Source of the DNA: Trichomonas gallinae
Taxonomy: Eukaryota
Assembly: GCA_008369845.1 (NCBI GenBank)
Contig: MRSU01010728.1
Span: 1 to 43,738 of the forward strand
Length of the DNA stretch: 43,738 bases
Reading direction: 5' to 3'
The first letter of the stretch is position 1. Each line of letters begins with the position of its first letter. Below are positions 32,815 through 42,501 of this stretch, in pieces. Under the pieces are notes generated by a model. The model made no database searches, was not told where the DNA came from, and was given only the letters and a program-made list of their open reading frames with translations. The translations under genes and the position numbers were made by a program.

Positions 32815-33885
32815 ATGGAGAAAGATGTTAGCATCTTTGGGATAGATATGACTGGAAGACCAAAGTGGCTTATTCTTAGCATAGGTGTTATAGGCATTTT
32901 CATGTCTTTCTTGTTGCAAGGAACAGCACATGAACAGATTTTCGGAAAATATAAATGCAAAGAATCATTATTCGTCACTTTTCTTCAGTTTTTAGGATAT
33001 TCCTCGCTATCAATAAAGTTCTTCATTAATTTAATACGTGGAAAAACAAGACTTCACGCTCCATTTTGGTTCTATATAGTTACAGCAGTGACGCTGGTAG
33101 GATCAATGGCTCTCTCAAACTTCTCGCTTGAGAGAATAAGCTACCCTACAGTTGTTTTGTTCAGATCTTCCAAATTGTTACCGGTTATGTTTGGAAGTTT
33201 CTTCTTCCTTAAAAAGAGATATTCAGCCATGGAAGTTGCATCAGTGTTGTTGATTGTAGCTGGTTTAATAGGTATGTCAGTGAGTGATAAAAAAGTTCAT
33301 AATAAATTTGATACTATTGGACTCATTGCACTTATTACATCATTATGTTGTGATGCTATTGCATCAAATCTGGAAGAAGAAGCGTTTTCTAAATATCAAG
33401 CTCCGCAAGATGAAGTTATTGCAATTATATACCTTATTGGTGCTATAATGGTTGGTGTTATGTCGATATTTACAGGAGAATTCGTTGATGGATCAAGAAA
33501 ATGCTTTGAAAATCCAGGTTTAGTCATCCAAATTATTCTATTTTCTTATTTAGGCGCTGTTGGAATTCAATTCATATATTTACTGATCAAAGCATTCGGA
33601 TCAGTTGTAACTGTCATGGTTACATCCCTTAGAAAAGCTTTCACTGTGTTATTATCGTTCTTATTATTCCCAGATAAGAAATTCACAGCATATCACATGG
33701 TTTCAATAGTATCAATATCAACAGGAATTGGATTGAATATATACGGCAAGAAAATTTCGAAAGAATCAGAACAAATGGATAAAAAGACAGAAAATTATGA
33801 AATTGCAACAGGAGCTGATGATCAGAATGATATTGGTGCTCAAAGTGATATTGAATACCAAACAGAAACATCCACAGATAAATAA
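32815..33885 (+). CDS. SLC35B/UAA-family nucleotide-sugar or PAPS transporter, most like SLC35B3/PAPST2
   Basis: About 10 TM helices. LSNFSLERISYPTVVLFRSSKLLPVM...KKRY, VTSLRKAFTVLLSFLLF, and an N-terminal IFGIDM..RPKW...EQIF segment. Confidence 0.85.
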   Translation: MEKDVSIFGIDMTGRPKWLILSIGVIGIFMSFLLQGTAHEQIFGKYKCKESLFVTFLQFLGYSSLSIKFFINLIRGKTRLHAPFWFYIVTAVTLVGSMALSNFSLERISYPTVVLFRSSKLLPVMFGSFFFLKKRYSAMEVASVLLIVAGLIGMSVSDKKVHNKFDTIGLIALITSLCCDAIASNLEEEAFSKYQAPQDEVIAIIYLIGAIMVGVMSIFTGEFVDGSRKCFENPGLVIQIILFSYLGAVGIQFIYLLIKAFGSVVTVMVTSLRKAFTVLLSFLLFPDKKFTAYHMVSIVSISTGIGLNIYGKKISKESEQMDKKTENYEIATGADDQNDIGAQSDIEYQTETSTDK

Positions 33886-34714
33886 GCTTATAAAACCATG
33901 TTATTACCATATTATAATTTTTAAATTGTTTAACATTATTATTTCTTTCCTTTAAATACTATTATTTTTTATTTTTACTTGCATATAAATTATATTTTAT
34001 ATATATACATTTGATTTCATATAAAAATTAAAATTGATAAAATTGATAAATTTAAATTTTCATGAAATTACATATCTATATTAATATTTCATAAGATGAG
34101 TTGCAATATGTATTAATATTAAAAGAATTATTGATATTTTATCTAGAAATAAAACAAGCAGATACTGAGAATAAGAAAATCATGAGTTTCGATTTACATG
34201 AAATGTTTATTTGTTAGTTCACATTAAATATCAGAGGGAAATCAACGCAAGAATTCTTGTGTCGAAAGATGAAGATTGAGAACGAGATGGATTTTAACAT
34301 TAAGTCTATTATAGTACCCCATTACATTTCTATCAACATTAGGATTATCAAGATAATATTGGTCAACATAAAAATTTCCACCAGGATTATGATATGAATC
34401 GCAATTGGATGGGAAAAGTTAATGAATCCGGAGCAGGATCACATTTCTATATGACTTCAATTGATTAGTTTATATAATGAATATTTGAAAAATTATATTT
34501 TTGGATAGAATAAAAAAAATACAAAAAATTATAAGACAGTTAGATTTTACTATAATAGTTTTACATATTAAACTAAGATATGAGCTCAAATTCGGATTAT
34601 TTTAATTTTATAAGATCTTAAAGTTTTTGTAAGTTAAATTCCGAAGTATTATATTGAGAAGGCCTATGTATCATCATAATTAGCCAAATTGAAAATAATA
34701 TTTTTTTTGAATAA

Positions 34715-35362
34715 TTAAAAGAAGAGAGCTGATAATAGTGATAACCTACTCACATAAATACAGCTTTCATGAAATGTTGGACATTTGTAAACTTGTAGAG
34801 ATTGAATTTTTTGAACTGATTTTGAACAAAATGTTGAATTGTTGTAGTTAGGAAGTACATAAACAGTTCCATTAACGAGCTTTGTTAAGCAGTTTGGCGA
34901 CATTCCTGCAAAATAAATTGATTCAATTGTATTACAGGAAGTGAATAGATCTTGTCCTATCGATGTAACTGATGCTGGAATTCTGATCGATTTAATTGAG
35001 CTACCAACACCAAATGAAACTCCAAGAGATGATAAAGAAGAATCTGCATCAAAATAAATATTAGTAAGATTATAGCACCAATCAAAGGCATAGTTTAAGA
35101 ATGTTGTAACAAAGCGCGGTATTCTTGCTGTTTTAATTTGTGAAAATCGAAAAGCTTCATAACCAACAACAGTAACTGTATAAATTGTTCCACCATATGT
35201 AATTGTATTAGGAATTTCGAGATGAATATTTGTTTCGCTTTTGTTGATAAATGCATTTGAATTTAGAGAATTGTTAATGGCAATTGACTGATTGACTGTT
35301 CCAATAGTCGCTATGGTTCCTAATATAACATAATTAAACAGCCCAACTTGGACAATAGTCAT
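34715..35362 (-). CDS. Short BspA-like (TpLRR) surface protein with a canonical ATG and a hydrophobic C-tail
   Basis: LEIPNTITY..TIYTVTVVGYEAF and IPASVTSIGQDLFTSCNTIESI repeats. C-terminus KCPT...LSLLSALFF. ATG at 35360-35362. Confidence 0.8.
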   Translation of the reverse strand: MTIVQVGLFNYVILGTIATIGTVNQSIAINNSLNSNAFINKSETNIHLEIPNTITYGGTIYTVTVVGYEAFRFSQIKTARIPRFVTTFLNYAFDWCYNLTNIYFDADSSLSSLGVSFGVGSSIKSIRIPASVTSIGQDLFTSCNTIESIYFAGMSPNCLTKLVNGTVYVLPNYNNSTFCSKSVQKIQSLQVYKCPTFHESCIYVSRLSLLSALFF

Positions 35363-36014
35363 CAAAAACTATAAATGTTAGCAAAATCAAATTTCTATGA
35401 AAATTTTGAGATTAAAAGATTTTTAAAATATCATCTATTGCATGAAATCAGACAGATATAACCAAAATTAAAGCCAGCGGATTCAACCTTGTCAAAAATT
35501 AAAGAAGATTGATTTTCATAAGGTGTTAATCAATTAATTGAAAATTTTCTTTTTTGAAAATATAATAGCATCCTTTTTAGACATTGATATGTATTTTTTC
35601 TTCATATATATTAGATATTATATGCATAATAATTAGTTTCTAAAATAAATCATTAAAATTTGATTTTTCACTTTTAAACTATCTATCATGATCCCTTCCT
35701 ACAATATGATAGGGGTATATTTCTAATGTTATTGTTTTAAGTATGTATTTGTTTGCTCATCCAATATGATTTGAAATTGAAATAAAAATGGATAAATTTT
35801 TCACCCACTGAAGAAGAAAATCGAGCCAAAAATCATTTTATTTTTATAGAAAATATAATGTCATTGTTTACATTCGAAAGAAAAAAATCGAAAAATAAAA
35901 TTTGAATTATTTTTCTAGAAATGTGATTATATATAATAGTATTTGGAAGCAAAATAGGAAAAATTGTTTTGAAGAGTTTAACGCAATTTTTTTTAAAGAT
36001 TTAAAAATTTTATT

Positions 36015-36911
36015 ATGGTGAAACCAATCTCCACATCTTTCGAGATTATACCCAAAAACATATCACTGTACACATCAGACCCTGAATTTGCTAAATGCAG
36101 AACCAAAGATGAACTATGCAAAATTTTGGATTTTGCTCAGATCAAGCTGAATGACTTCACTCATCTTGTAAATAATCTCACTGCAGTTCATGACAAGAGT
36201 TCAATACTAAAGATATTGCGCAATGGTACTATTGATTACTCCGATCTTGATGATGAATATCATAAAATATCAAAATCATTAGAAATAATCTCGTCATCGC
36301 TTGACATCAAGTTAATATTAGACATATCGCATATAATCCAGCATAAAAGCAAAGAACAATCAATACATTCTCAGGATGATAACGAAAATTAAATTCGAAA
36401 ATTCAGATAAACATACTAACTAACATTGGTCTTAAATCAGAAAAGTTCAATGAAATTTACGATATATTGAATTGCGTGCTCTTAATAATGACACACAAAC
36501 AATAAAGTATGCTGTTCAAAATGATTTCATGTCAATACAAAACGATAATCTTGATAATATTTTAACTTTTGCTGCTTCAGAAAACAATTTAAATCTAGCG
36601 AAGATGCTTGTTGAAGCTAGTGCTGACTACACTTATAATCGAGCATGTGGACAAAACTGTTTGTTTTGGTTCACAAAAATTGGCAATTTTGATGATATAG
36701 TTTTATTTGCATCTTTGGGGACATAAATCCTCCAAATGAATTCGGGTTGACAACAATAATGCTTTGTTGCAAATATGATTACTATGATGTTTGCCAGTAT
36801 CTATTAACATTTCCTACAATAATTGATGCTGTTACACAATCCGGTCAAACAGCATTAAAACTTTGCAAATCAAATGGGATGAAAAGATTGATGGCAGACA
36901 ATATAAAATAA
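36015..36911 (+). pseudogene. Disrupted ankyrin-repeat protein gene
   Basis: A 125-aa ORF ends in TAA at 36390. Ankyrin segments follow in other frames (NILTFAASENNLNLAKMLVEASAD; then, after a shift at ~36720, DINPPNEFGLTTIMLCCKYDYYDVCQYLL...SGQTALKLC) ending at TAA 36909-36911. Confidence 0.75.
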
Positions 36912-36985
36912 ATAAAAAAATCAAAGTGATATGTATATTTGTGTCATACTTTAAATATTAATGGTATACAAAGTTTGTAATTTTT

Positions 36986-37918
36986 CTACATGGGAATAAA
37001 AGGATGCAATAATAACATGTATGACATGAATGGAAAAGTCATTAAGTAGTTCTCTCGAATTGTCTGACATTTAGGATAAAAGCATTGCAATTGACGATCA
37101 ATACTAACTGCCCTATTCAAAAATTTGGAAGATATGTAATTTTGGCAAACAAATATTTGACAAGAGATATCTAAAGGTAAACTAATTTGATTTTGTATCA
37201 TAATTCCTGCATAGTAAAGTTCAATTAAATTTTTTGCATCAATGAATGCATATTGATTAATTTTTGAATTCCCAGTAATTTCTATCTTTTTAATTATAGA
37301 ACCTTGGCATAGTTTATACGGAATCTCCTCGACATAAGGAGGAATTAATAAATATTCACAGTGTGAATTGCTAAAGCAGAATTCTGCGATTTTAATGCAA
37401 CGAAAATCAATATCAATATGTTCAATAATCGGTAAAACTTCAACTAAAATTGTTCTGTCAATTGAATAAATGATTGAGTTATTTATTGCGAAATAATTTT
37501 TATTATTCTGTGAAATAATAATAGAAGTAAGCAATGTGTTATAACCAAATGGACTGTCGCCTAAATAAATAACGGAATCTGGAATCGTTATTGATGTAAA
37601 TCGACAAGAAGCAAAGCAAAGAGTTCCTAAATATTTCAATCCATGAGGTAATTCGATATTGGTGGATAGTTTTGATAAATCAAATGCTTGTGATGAAATA
37701 TTAACTAGGGAATTAGGTAATTTTACAGACTTGATAGTATCTTTCTGATAAAATGCACGAGTAAGTATTTCTGTAACAGGATATGTAATGGATTTGTATA
37801 CAACTTCCGAAGGAATTTCGAGATTTTCTGGGCATTCGCCATTACATTGTTCAACACCTGCTTTGCGTGCTGCTGTATCAACAATATATTTTAAATTTCC
37901 ATCAATAAAGCTTGTTAT
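36986..37918 (-). CDS. BspA-like (TpLRR) surface protein, 310-codon frame that begins at ATA (no AUG start)
   Basis: Manual translation extends the ORF call by 93 codons to ITSFIDGNLKYIVDTAARKAGV...LEIPSEVVYKSITYPVTEILTRAF, bounded by TAA at 37919-37921. The first in-frame Met is near codon 240. Confidence 0.75.
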   Translation of the reverse strand: MTSFIDGNLKYIVDTAARKAGVEQCNGECPENLEIPSEVVYKSITYPVTEILTRAFYQKDTIKSVKLPNSLVNISSQAFDLSKLSTNIELPHGLKYLGTLCFASCRFTSITIPDSVIYLGDSPFGYNTLLTSIIISQNNKNYFAINNSIIYSIDRTILVEVLPIIEHIDIDFRCIKIAEFCFSNSHCEYLLIPPYVEEIPYKLCQGSIIKKIEITGNSKINQYAFIDAKNLIELYYAGIMIQNQISLPLDISCQIFVCQNYISSKFLNRAVSIDRQLQCFYPKCQTIRENYLMTFPFMSYMLLLHPFIPM

Positions 37919-38094
37919 TTATATTACATTTTATCATTGATGAAAATTCCAATGAGGCATAAAACTGTCACATTTTAATTTAAACGTGCCAAATAATGCG
38001 CCTGTAAGGGTCCACAGACAGAGTTAATGAGGGGGTGACACCAAAACAATCCTGGGTAGCTACCCATGATGAAAATATTGATAAAATGCAACAC

Positions 38095-38438
38095 ATTTCC
38101 AAAGCAGCAAAATGCGATTTTGGTAAAACATCATATATCAATTGAGTTATTTATTGCAAAATAGTTTTTATTATTTGGCGAAATAGTAATATATGTAAGC
38201 ATTTCATTATAGCAAAATGGACGATCGCCTAAATAAACAACGGCTTCTGGAATCGTGACCGATGTAAATTTAAATATCGACAAGATGCAAAACAAAGGAA
38301 ACTTAAATATTTCAATACATTAGGCAATTCGACATTTGTGGGCAATTTTGATAACTCAAATGCTTGTGACTGAACACCTGCTTTTCATGCTGCTGTATCA
38401 ACAATATATTTGAAATGTCCATTAATAAAACTTGTAAT
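38095..38438 (-). pseudogene. Decayed third copy of the BspA-like tandem array
   Basis: Collinear with 36986-37918 but has a premature TGA in the AARK motif, a ~160-nt internal deletion, a 7-nt insertion near 38270 and a 3' truncation. It begins at ATT in the position equivalent to the ATA of its neighbours. Confidence 0.85.
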
Positions 38439-38541
38439 TTAAATTTTGTTTTATCATAAATGAAAATTCCATAAAATTTTTGTAAATATTTACAAATTAA
38501 AAGTGACAATAAAGTCAATATTGTTGATCATAAAAATTTAT

Positions 38542-39483
38542 TTAATCATCACAAATAGTTGCCATCCATATTGCACAGTATAAATTGGAATGTTGCATTA
38601 TAGGATTGAATTCTTCATCAATATATGTTTGACATTTTGGGCAGAAACATGGAATTTTATTATCTATTCTAACGTCACGATTTAATAAAGTCAGAGAGTC
38701 GTAATTTCGGCATACAAATATTTGAAAAGAATTCTCTTGATACATTTCGTATTCATTTTGGACTTCAACTCCTGCATAGCTAAGTCTACTTAAATTATAA
38801 GCATGATAAAATGCGTTTTGATCAATTATCGAATTACCTTCTATGTCTATCGATTTAATATATGATTCTTCACATAATTTGACCGGAATACTTTTAACAT
38901 ATTTAGGAATTGACAAATACTCGCACTTGCTAAAACTAAAACAAAATGCTGCAACTCTTATACATTTATGATAAATCTCGATTTTTTCAACATGAGGCAA
39001 AACTTCGATCAAAACAGTTCGATTCATCGAATAAATTATCGAATTTTCTATTGCGAAATAGTTTTTGTTATTCGGAGAAATATTGATAGTAGCAAGATTT
39101 CTGTTGTATCCAAATGGACAATCGCCTAAATATGTGACCGAATCTGGAATTGTCACAGATGTGAAACGACAAGAAGCAAAACTAAGAGTACCAATCCTTT
39201 TTAGACCACTAGGAAATATTGGAGTTGTTGGTATAAATGAAAGATCGAAAGCTCCATCAGAAATATTTACTAATGAATCTGGAAAAGTAACTGATTTAAT
39301 TCCAAAGCATTTATAAAATGCATGCTGATCTATTTCAGTAACTGGATATCGAACTGAATTATAAATAACATCAGATGGAATAATAAGATTTTCCGGACAA
39401 GCAGTGTTGCACGATTTGACGCTTGCTTTTCGTGCAGCTGTGTCAACTGTATAATTTAAATTTCCATCCGAATAACTTATTAT
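38542..39483 (-). CDS. BspA-like (TpLRR) surface protein, 313-codon frame that begins at ATA (no AUG start)
   Basis: Manual translation extends the ORF call by 109 codons to IISYSDGNLNYTVDTAARKASV..., bounded by TAA at 39484-39486. Inr-like TCAT lies ~10 nt upstream. The first in-frame Met is codon 153. Confidence 0.75.
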   Translation of the reverse strand: MISYSDGNLNYTVDTAARKASVKSCNTACPENLIIPSDVIYNSVRYPVTEIDQHAFYKCFGIKSVTFPDSLVNISDGAFDLSFIPTTPIFPSGLKRIGTLSFASCRFTSVTIPDSVTYLGDCPFGYNRNLATINISPNNKNYFAIENSIIYSMNRTVLIEVLPHVEKIEIYHKCIRVAAFCFSFSKCEYLSIPKYVKSIPVKLCEESYIKSIDIEGNSIIDQNAFYHAYNLSRLSYAGVEVQNEYEMYQENSFQIFVCRNYDSLTLLNRDVRIDNKIPCFCPKCQTYIDEEFNPIMQHSNLYCAIWMATICDD

Positions 39484-40189
39484 TTATCTGGATGAAATTC
39501 CACAATAAAGCGTTGAAAAAGTGCCACTTTTATGTACTGTAAATCATTCAATTATATGAATAACTTTCCGAAGTGCGATTTTTTTTTACTGCCAGACCTT
39601 ACTGCCATTTAGGTTGTTTTACTGCAGGCTTGGCATGTTTACTTTCAAAATCTAACTTTTTGATAAATTTCATTAAATTAAAAATAATTTAATGAACAAG
39701 AAATATATACATTTCCATACATTTTAAGGTAGAAAATGCACAGAAATTGAAATTTGCTTATTTTCATTTCTGAAATTTTCAATTTTGAATTTCGTTGATT
39801 TCTTAGTGATTTCATTTTAAAACATATAATATAAATCATTTATTGGTTCTATATATATATACGCTTGTAGAATTTTCAAGATTTTTGCGCTTAATATTAC
39901 CTGTGATAGAAACTTTTATAATGAGGGAAAACATTAAATGCCTTGTTTTTTAAGCTATGAAATCAATAAAATATTATGTATGCAATGTAAACATGTGTTT
40001 AATATAGATTAGAACGAATTCTAAATGACCGCTGATGATACGAAAACGTCACTTTTCTTATTTTAACCTTAAATTTATAGTTCAACAGGCTTCAAAATTT
40101 TGATGATTTTGGAATATTTTAGCAGTAATAAGCTTATATTCGAAATTTCAGCAGAAGGCGGATAAAATCATTGTCACTTTTTCGATAGA

Positions 40190-41329
40190 ATGCAGGTTGC
40201 ACGTCCAACAATTAAACCAGTACCTCAACAAGTAAATCGTCCGCGTTTTCAGGCAACTACTCCTCGTCCACAAGTTAAGCATACGAACACATTTAGACCA
40301 ATGTCTCGCTCACCTCCTCCCTTCGAATCACCGTCATCGGTGCAACACAATAAAAAACTCGAAGAAATATTCGGCCCACAGGCACAGCTCCAACAATCAA
40401 CGAATGTCAATTTATTATCGCGCGGAATTTCATTATTATCAATCACACAACTCAGAGATTTGCTTCGAGACTACTCTCTTCCCACGGGAGGCAACAAAAA
40501 TGTTCTTGTCAATCGCTTAATTATATTTTTAGAAACTTTCGGACAAAATCAACAAAATATTTTGACTCAATTCTCATCGAAACTTAAAAGGCTTCTATCG
40601 ATCGAGGTTGATGAGGCAAACGCTTCATCACCACAAAGTGAAGAGACTTCACCACTACCAGCACCGCCAGTATCTCAAAATTTACCGGAAGAAGTTACAG
40701 AAAAGTTAATAGCTACATCACCATCGCCTCTCTATGAGCCAACAGAACTCCCTCCTTCACTTGGACCGATCCTTGTCCAACCAGATAATATGAAAATGTT
40801 ATATCCTTTCAGTTTATCATCTCAAGAGTTCATACCAATTCTCCAGTTTACACCAAGCTTTTCCCAAGTATTACTTTCTCGAGTTGTCGTTCAAATCAAT
40901 GGCACATTTATAAATCTTCGCGGTCCTTCCTTCTTTACCGATCTAAAGGACTACGCAGGCCGTCAATGCACACTCCAAGTTGTGTCTGTTGAGCCAGCAA
41001 GTCCGGTTGTTGCTGTTGTCAGATGGGTAAAACAAGTACCAATTCAACACATGATAAATCATATTGCGATGAAAGAACCAGTGAAGAAAGTTCCATTGTC
41101 ACCAAACCAGACAATAAACGGAGTCTGCCCGCTGACACACAAAATAATAGCAAGGCCTGCAAGAGGAGTAAACTGCATGCATCCTGAATGCTTCGACATG
41201 TCCGGCTTTATTTGCCACGCGATGAAGACTAACTCTTGGCAGTGCCCTGTTTGCAGGAAGCCAGTCCCAATCGATGAGCTGAGGATTGACCCATACTACT
41301 TTGCTATTGCTAGCGGATCTGTTGTTTGA
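40190..41329 (+). CDS. SIZ/PIAS-type SUMO E3 ligase (SAP plus MIZ/SP-RING)
   Basis: SAP domain LSITQLRDLLRDYSLPTGGNKNVLVNRL and SP-RING CPLT...PARGVNCMHPECFD...WQCPVC. GTCACTTT at 40173-40180. Confidence 0.9.
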   Translation: MQVARPTIKPVPQQVNRPRFQATTPRPQVKHTNTFRPMSRSPPPFESPSSVQHNKKLEEIFGPQAQLQQSTNVNLLSRGISLLSITQLRDLLRDYSLPTGGNKNVLVNRLIIFLETFGQNQQNILTQFSSKLKRLLSIEVDEANASSPQSEETSPLPAPPVSQNLPEEVTEKLIATSPSPLYEPTELPPSLGPILVQPDNMKMLYPFSLSSQEFIPILQFTPSFSQVLLSRVVVQINGTFINLRGPSFFTDLKDYAGRQCTLQVVSVEPASPVVAVVRWVKQVPIQHMINHIAMKEPVKKVPLSPNQTINGVCPLTHKIIARPARGVNCMHPECFDMSGFICHAMKTNSWQCPVCRKPVPIDELRIDPYYFAIASGSVV

Positions 41330-41396
41330 GATTGTTTGTTATTTTTTATTCATTTAATAAAGTTTATTTGTTTTGTTTTAAAACCGAAAATTAAGT

Positions 41397-42452
41397 CTAT
41401 TCTGAATCTAGTCCAGTGTATAGACTAAGTATATACGAATTTGATCCGTGAGAATTTACGACGTTGTTGCATGTAACTGCTGCATATTTAGTGTTCAACT
41501 TTATTTCAGCATAACAATCGAATGAAGATAAATGTGGAAGAAGGTTCATTTCACTTGTCGTCACAATGAAACATGTTGTGAAGGTTCCTCCTTCGTATAA
41601 ATAATATTGAGAATTATCAATATTACAGTGATTGATGTAGAAATTTCCATAGGTATTTAAAGCAAATGGTATTCCTTTTCCATATGGACCTTGTATCGAA
41701 CAATTTTTAAGAATAACATCTGAATAATAACCTCCAAATATTATTCCATAACTAGATGTTTCTTGACTATTTTTTATTATGTTACACGCAACATTCTCAA
41801 AATTACCATAATGACTATAATAATGATATAAACAAGCATAATTTTTTGCAATATTTCCTTCAAATGTACAATATTTATTCAAAGCTGTGCCTTTTGGTCT
41901 ATTATAATAGAATCCTGAATAATAATTAGCAGAATTCCTAGAAATATTCGATGAATGCATCTCAATATTGCCGCGATATGAATAAATCAAGCCATTGTAC
42001 TTTTCTTGATTACAATTTGTTATACATGAATCAATTATATGACTTTTATAATTAGTATTTTCTATATTTAACGAAACAAATGAATAAAAACCAAGATTAT
42101 TTGATGTAATAATATTATTAAACGAACAAAACCTATGTTGGATGATATTACTCTGGCAATTAAAATATATAGCTCCGCCATTGTTGCTTCTTGAACATTT
42201 AGTAAAAAAGCAGCTGGAATGGAGAAATTTAAAATTATCAGATGTTATTATAATAGAACCAGATGTTTGGTCATGAAATATGCCTAGATAAACATATATT
42301 TCATTCTGGTTTGTAGGAATATTACAATTGTCACAAACATCGACAAATTTACTACCTTTATATGAGTCACAGTAGAATTCTTTCCAAACATCTAAAGGAG
42401 CTTGATCTTTATGATAATATAAAATAAGTTGGGAAAGTAAATCATCATTGGA
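41397..42452 (-). CDS. Cys/Asn/Tyr-rich beta-helix-like (GGAIY, Pmp-like) putative surface protein, copy A, 351-codon frame with no AUG start
   Basis: The frame stays open 154 codons upstream of the ORF call (…ILYYHKDQAPLDVWKEFYCDSYKG…NGGAIYFNC…). It is preceded in frame by ATG TAA at 42458-42453. Confidence 0.7.
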   Translation of the reverse strand, partial: SNDDLLSQLILYYHKDQAPLDVWKEFYCDSYKGSKFVDVCDNCNIPTNQNEIYVYLGIFHDQTSGSIIITSDNFKFLHSSCFFTKCSRSNNGGAIYFNCQSNIIQHRFCSFNNIITSNNLGFYSFVSLNIENTNYKSHIIDSCITNCNQEKYNGLIYSYRGNIEMHSSNISRNSANYYSGFYYNRPKGTALNKYCTFEGNIAKNYACLYHYYSHYGNFENVACNIIKNSQETSSYGIIFGGYYSDVILKNCSIQGPYGKGIPFALNTYGNFYINHCNIDNSQYYLYEGGTFTTCFIVTTSEMNLLPHLSSFDCYAEIKLNTKYAAVTCNNVVNSHGSNSYILSLYTGLDSE

Positions 42453-42468
42453 TTACATTAAAAATAAT

Positions 42469-42476
42469 GTCACTTT
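42469..42476 (-). promoter_or_regulatory. AAAGTGAC motif upstream of copy A, with an identical block at 43569-43576 upstream of copy B
   Basis: aaaagtgacattattttta is conserved ahead of both paralogs. Confidence 0.6.
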
Positions 42477-42501
42477 TATTATATGATATTGAATTATTTT
42501 A

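Noticed and set aside
34180..34470. Coding-like fragment between the transporter and the BspA gene
   Set aside because: Interrupted in all frames examined and no family recognised.
35369..35382. GCTAACATTTATAG on the minus strand, resembling a branch site plus acceptor before the ATG-bearing BspA gene
   Set aside because: Spacing is longer than the RCTAACACAYAG consensus, no donor is evident, and the AUG-less paralogs have no equivalent. It does not support trans-splicing by itself.
36412..36440. ACTAAC motifs suggesting an intron that would repair the ankyrin gene
   Set aside because: No suitable donor or correctly spaced AG, and further frameshifts downstream remain.
42284..42391. 35-aa +1-frame ORF (MFGKNSTV...MFVTIVIFLQT...) inside both Pmp-like genes
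   Set aside because: Paralog differences here tend to be synonymous in the main frame and non-synonymous in this frame, so it looks like a shadow ORF.
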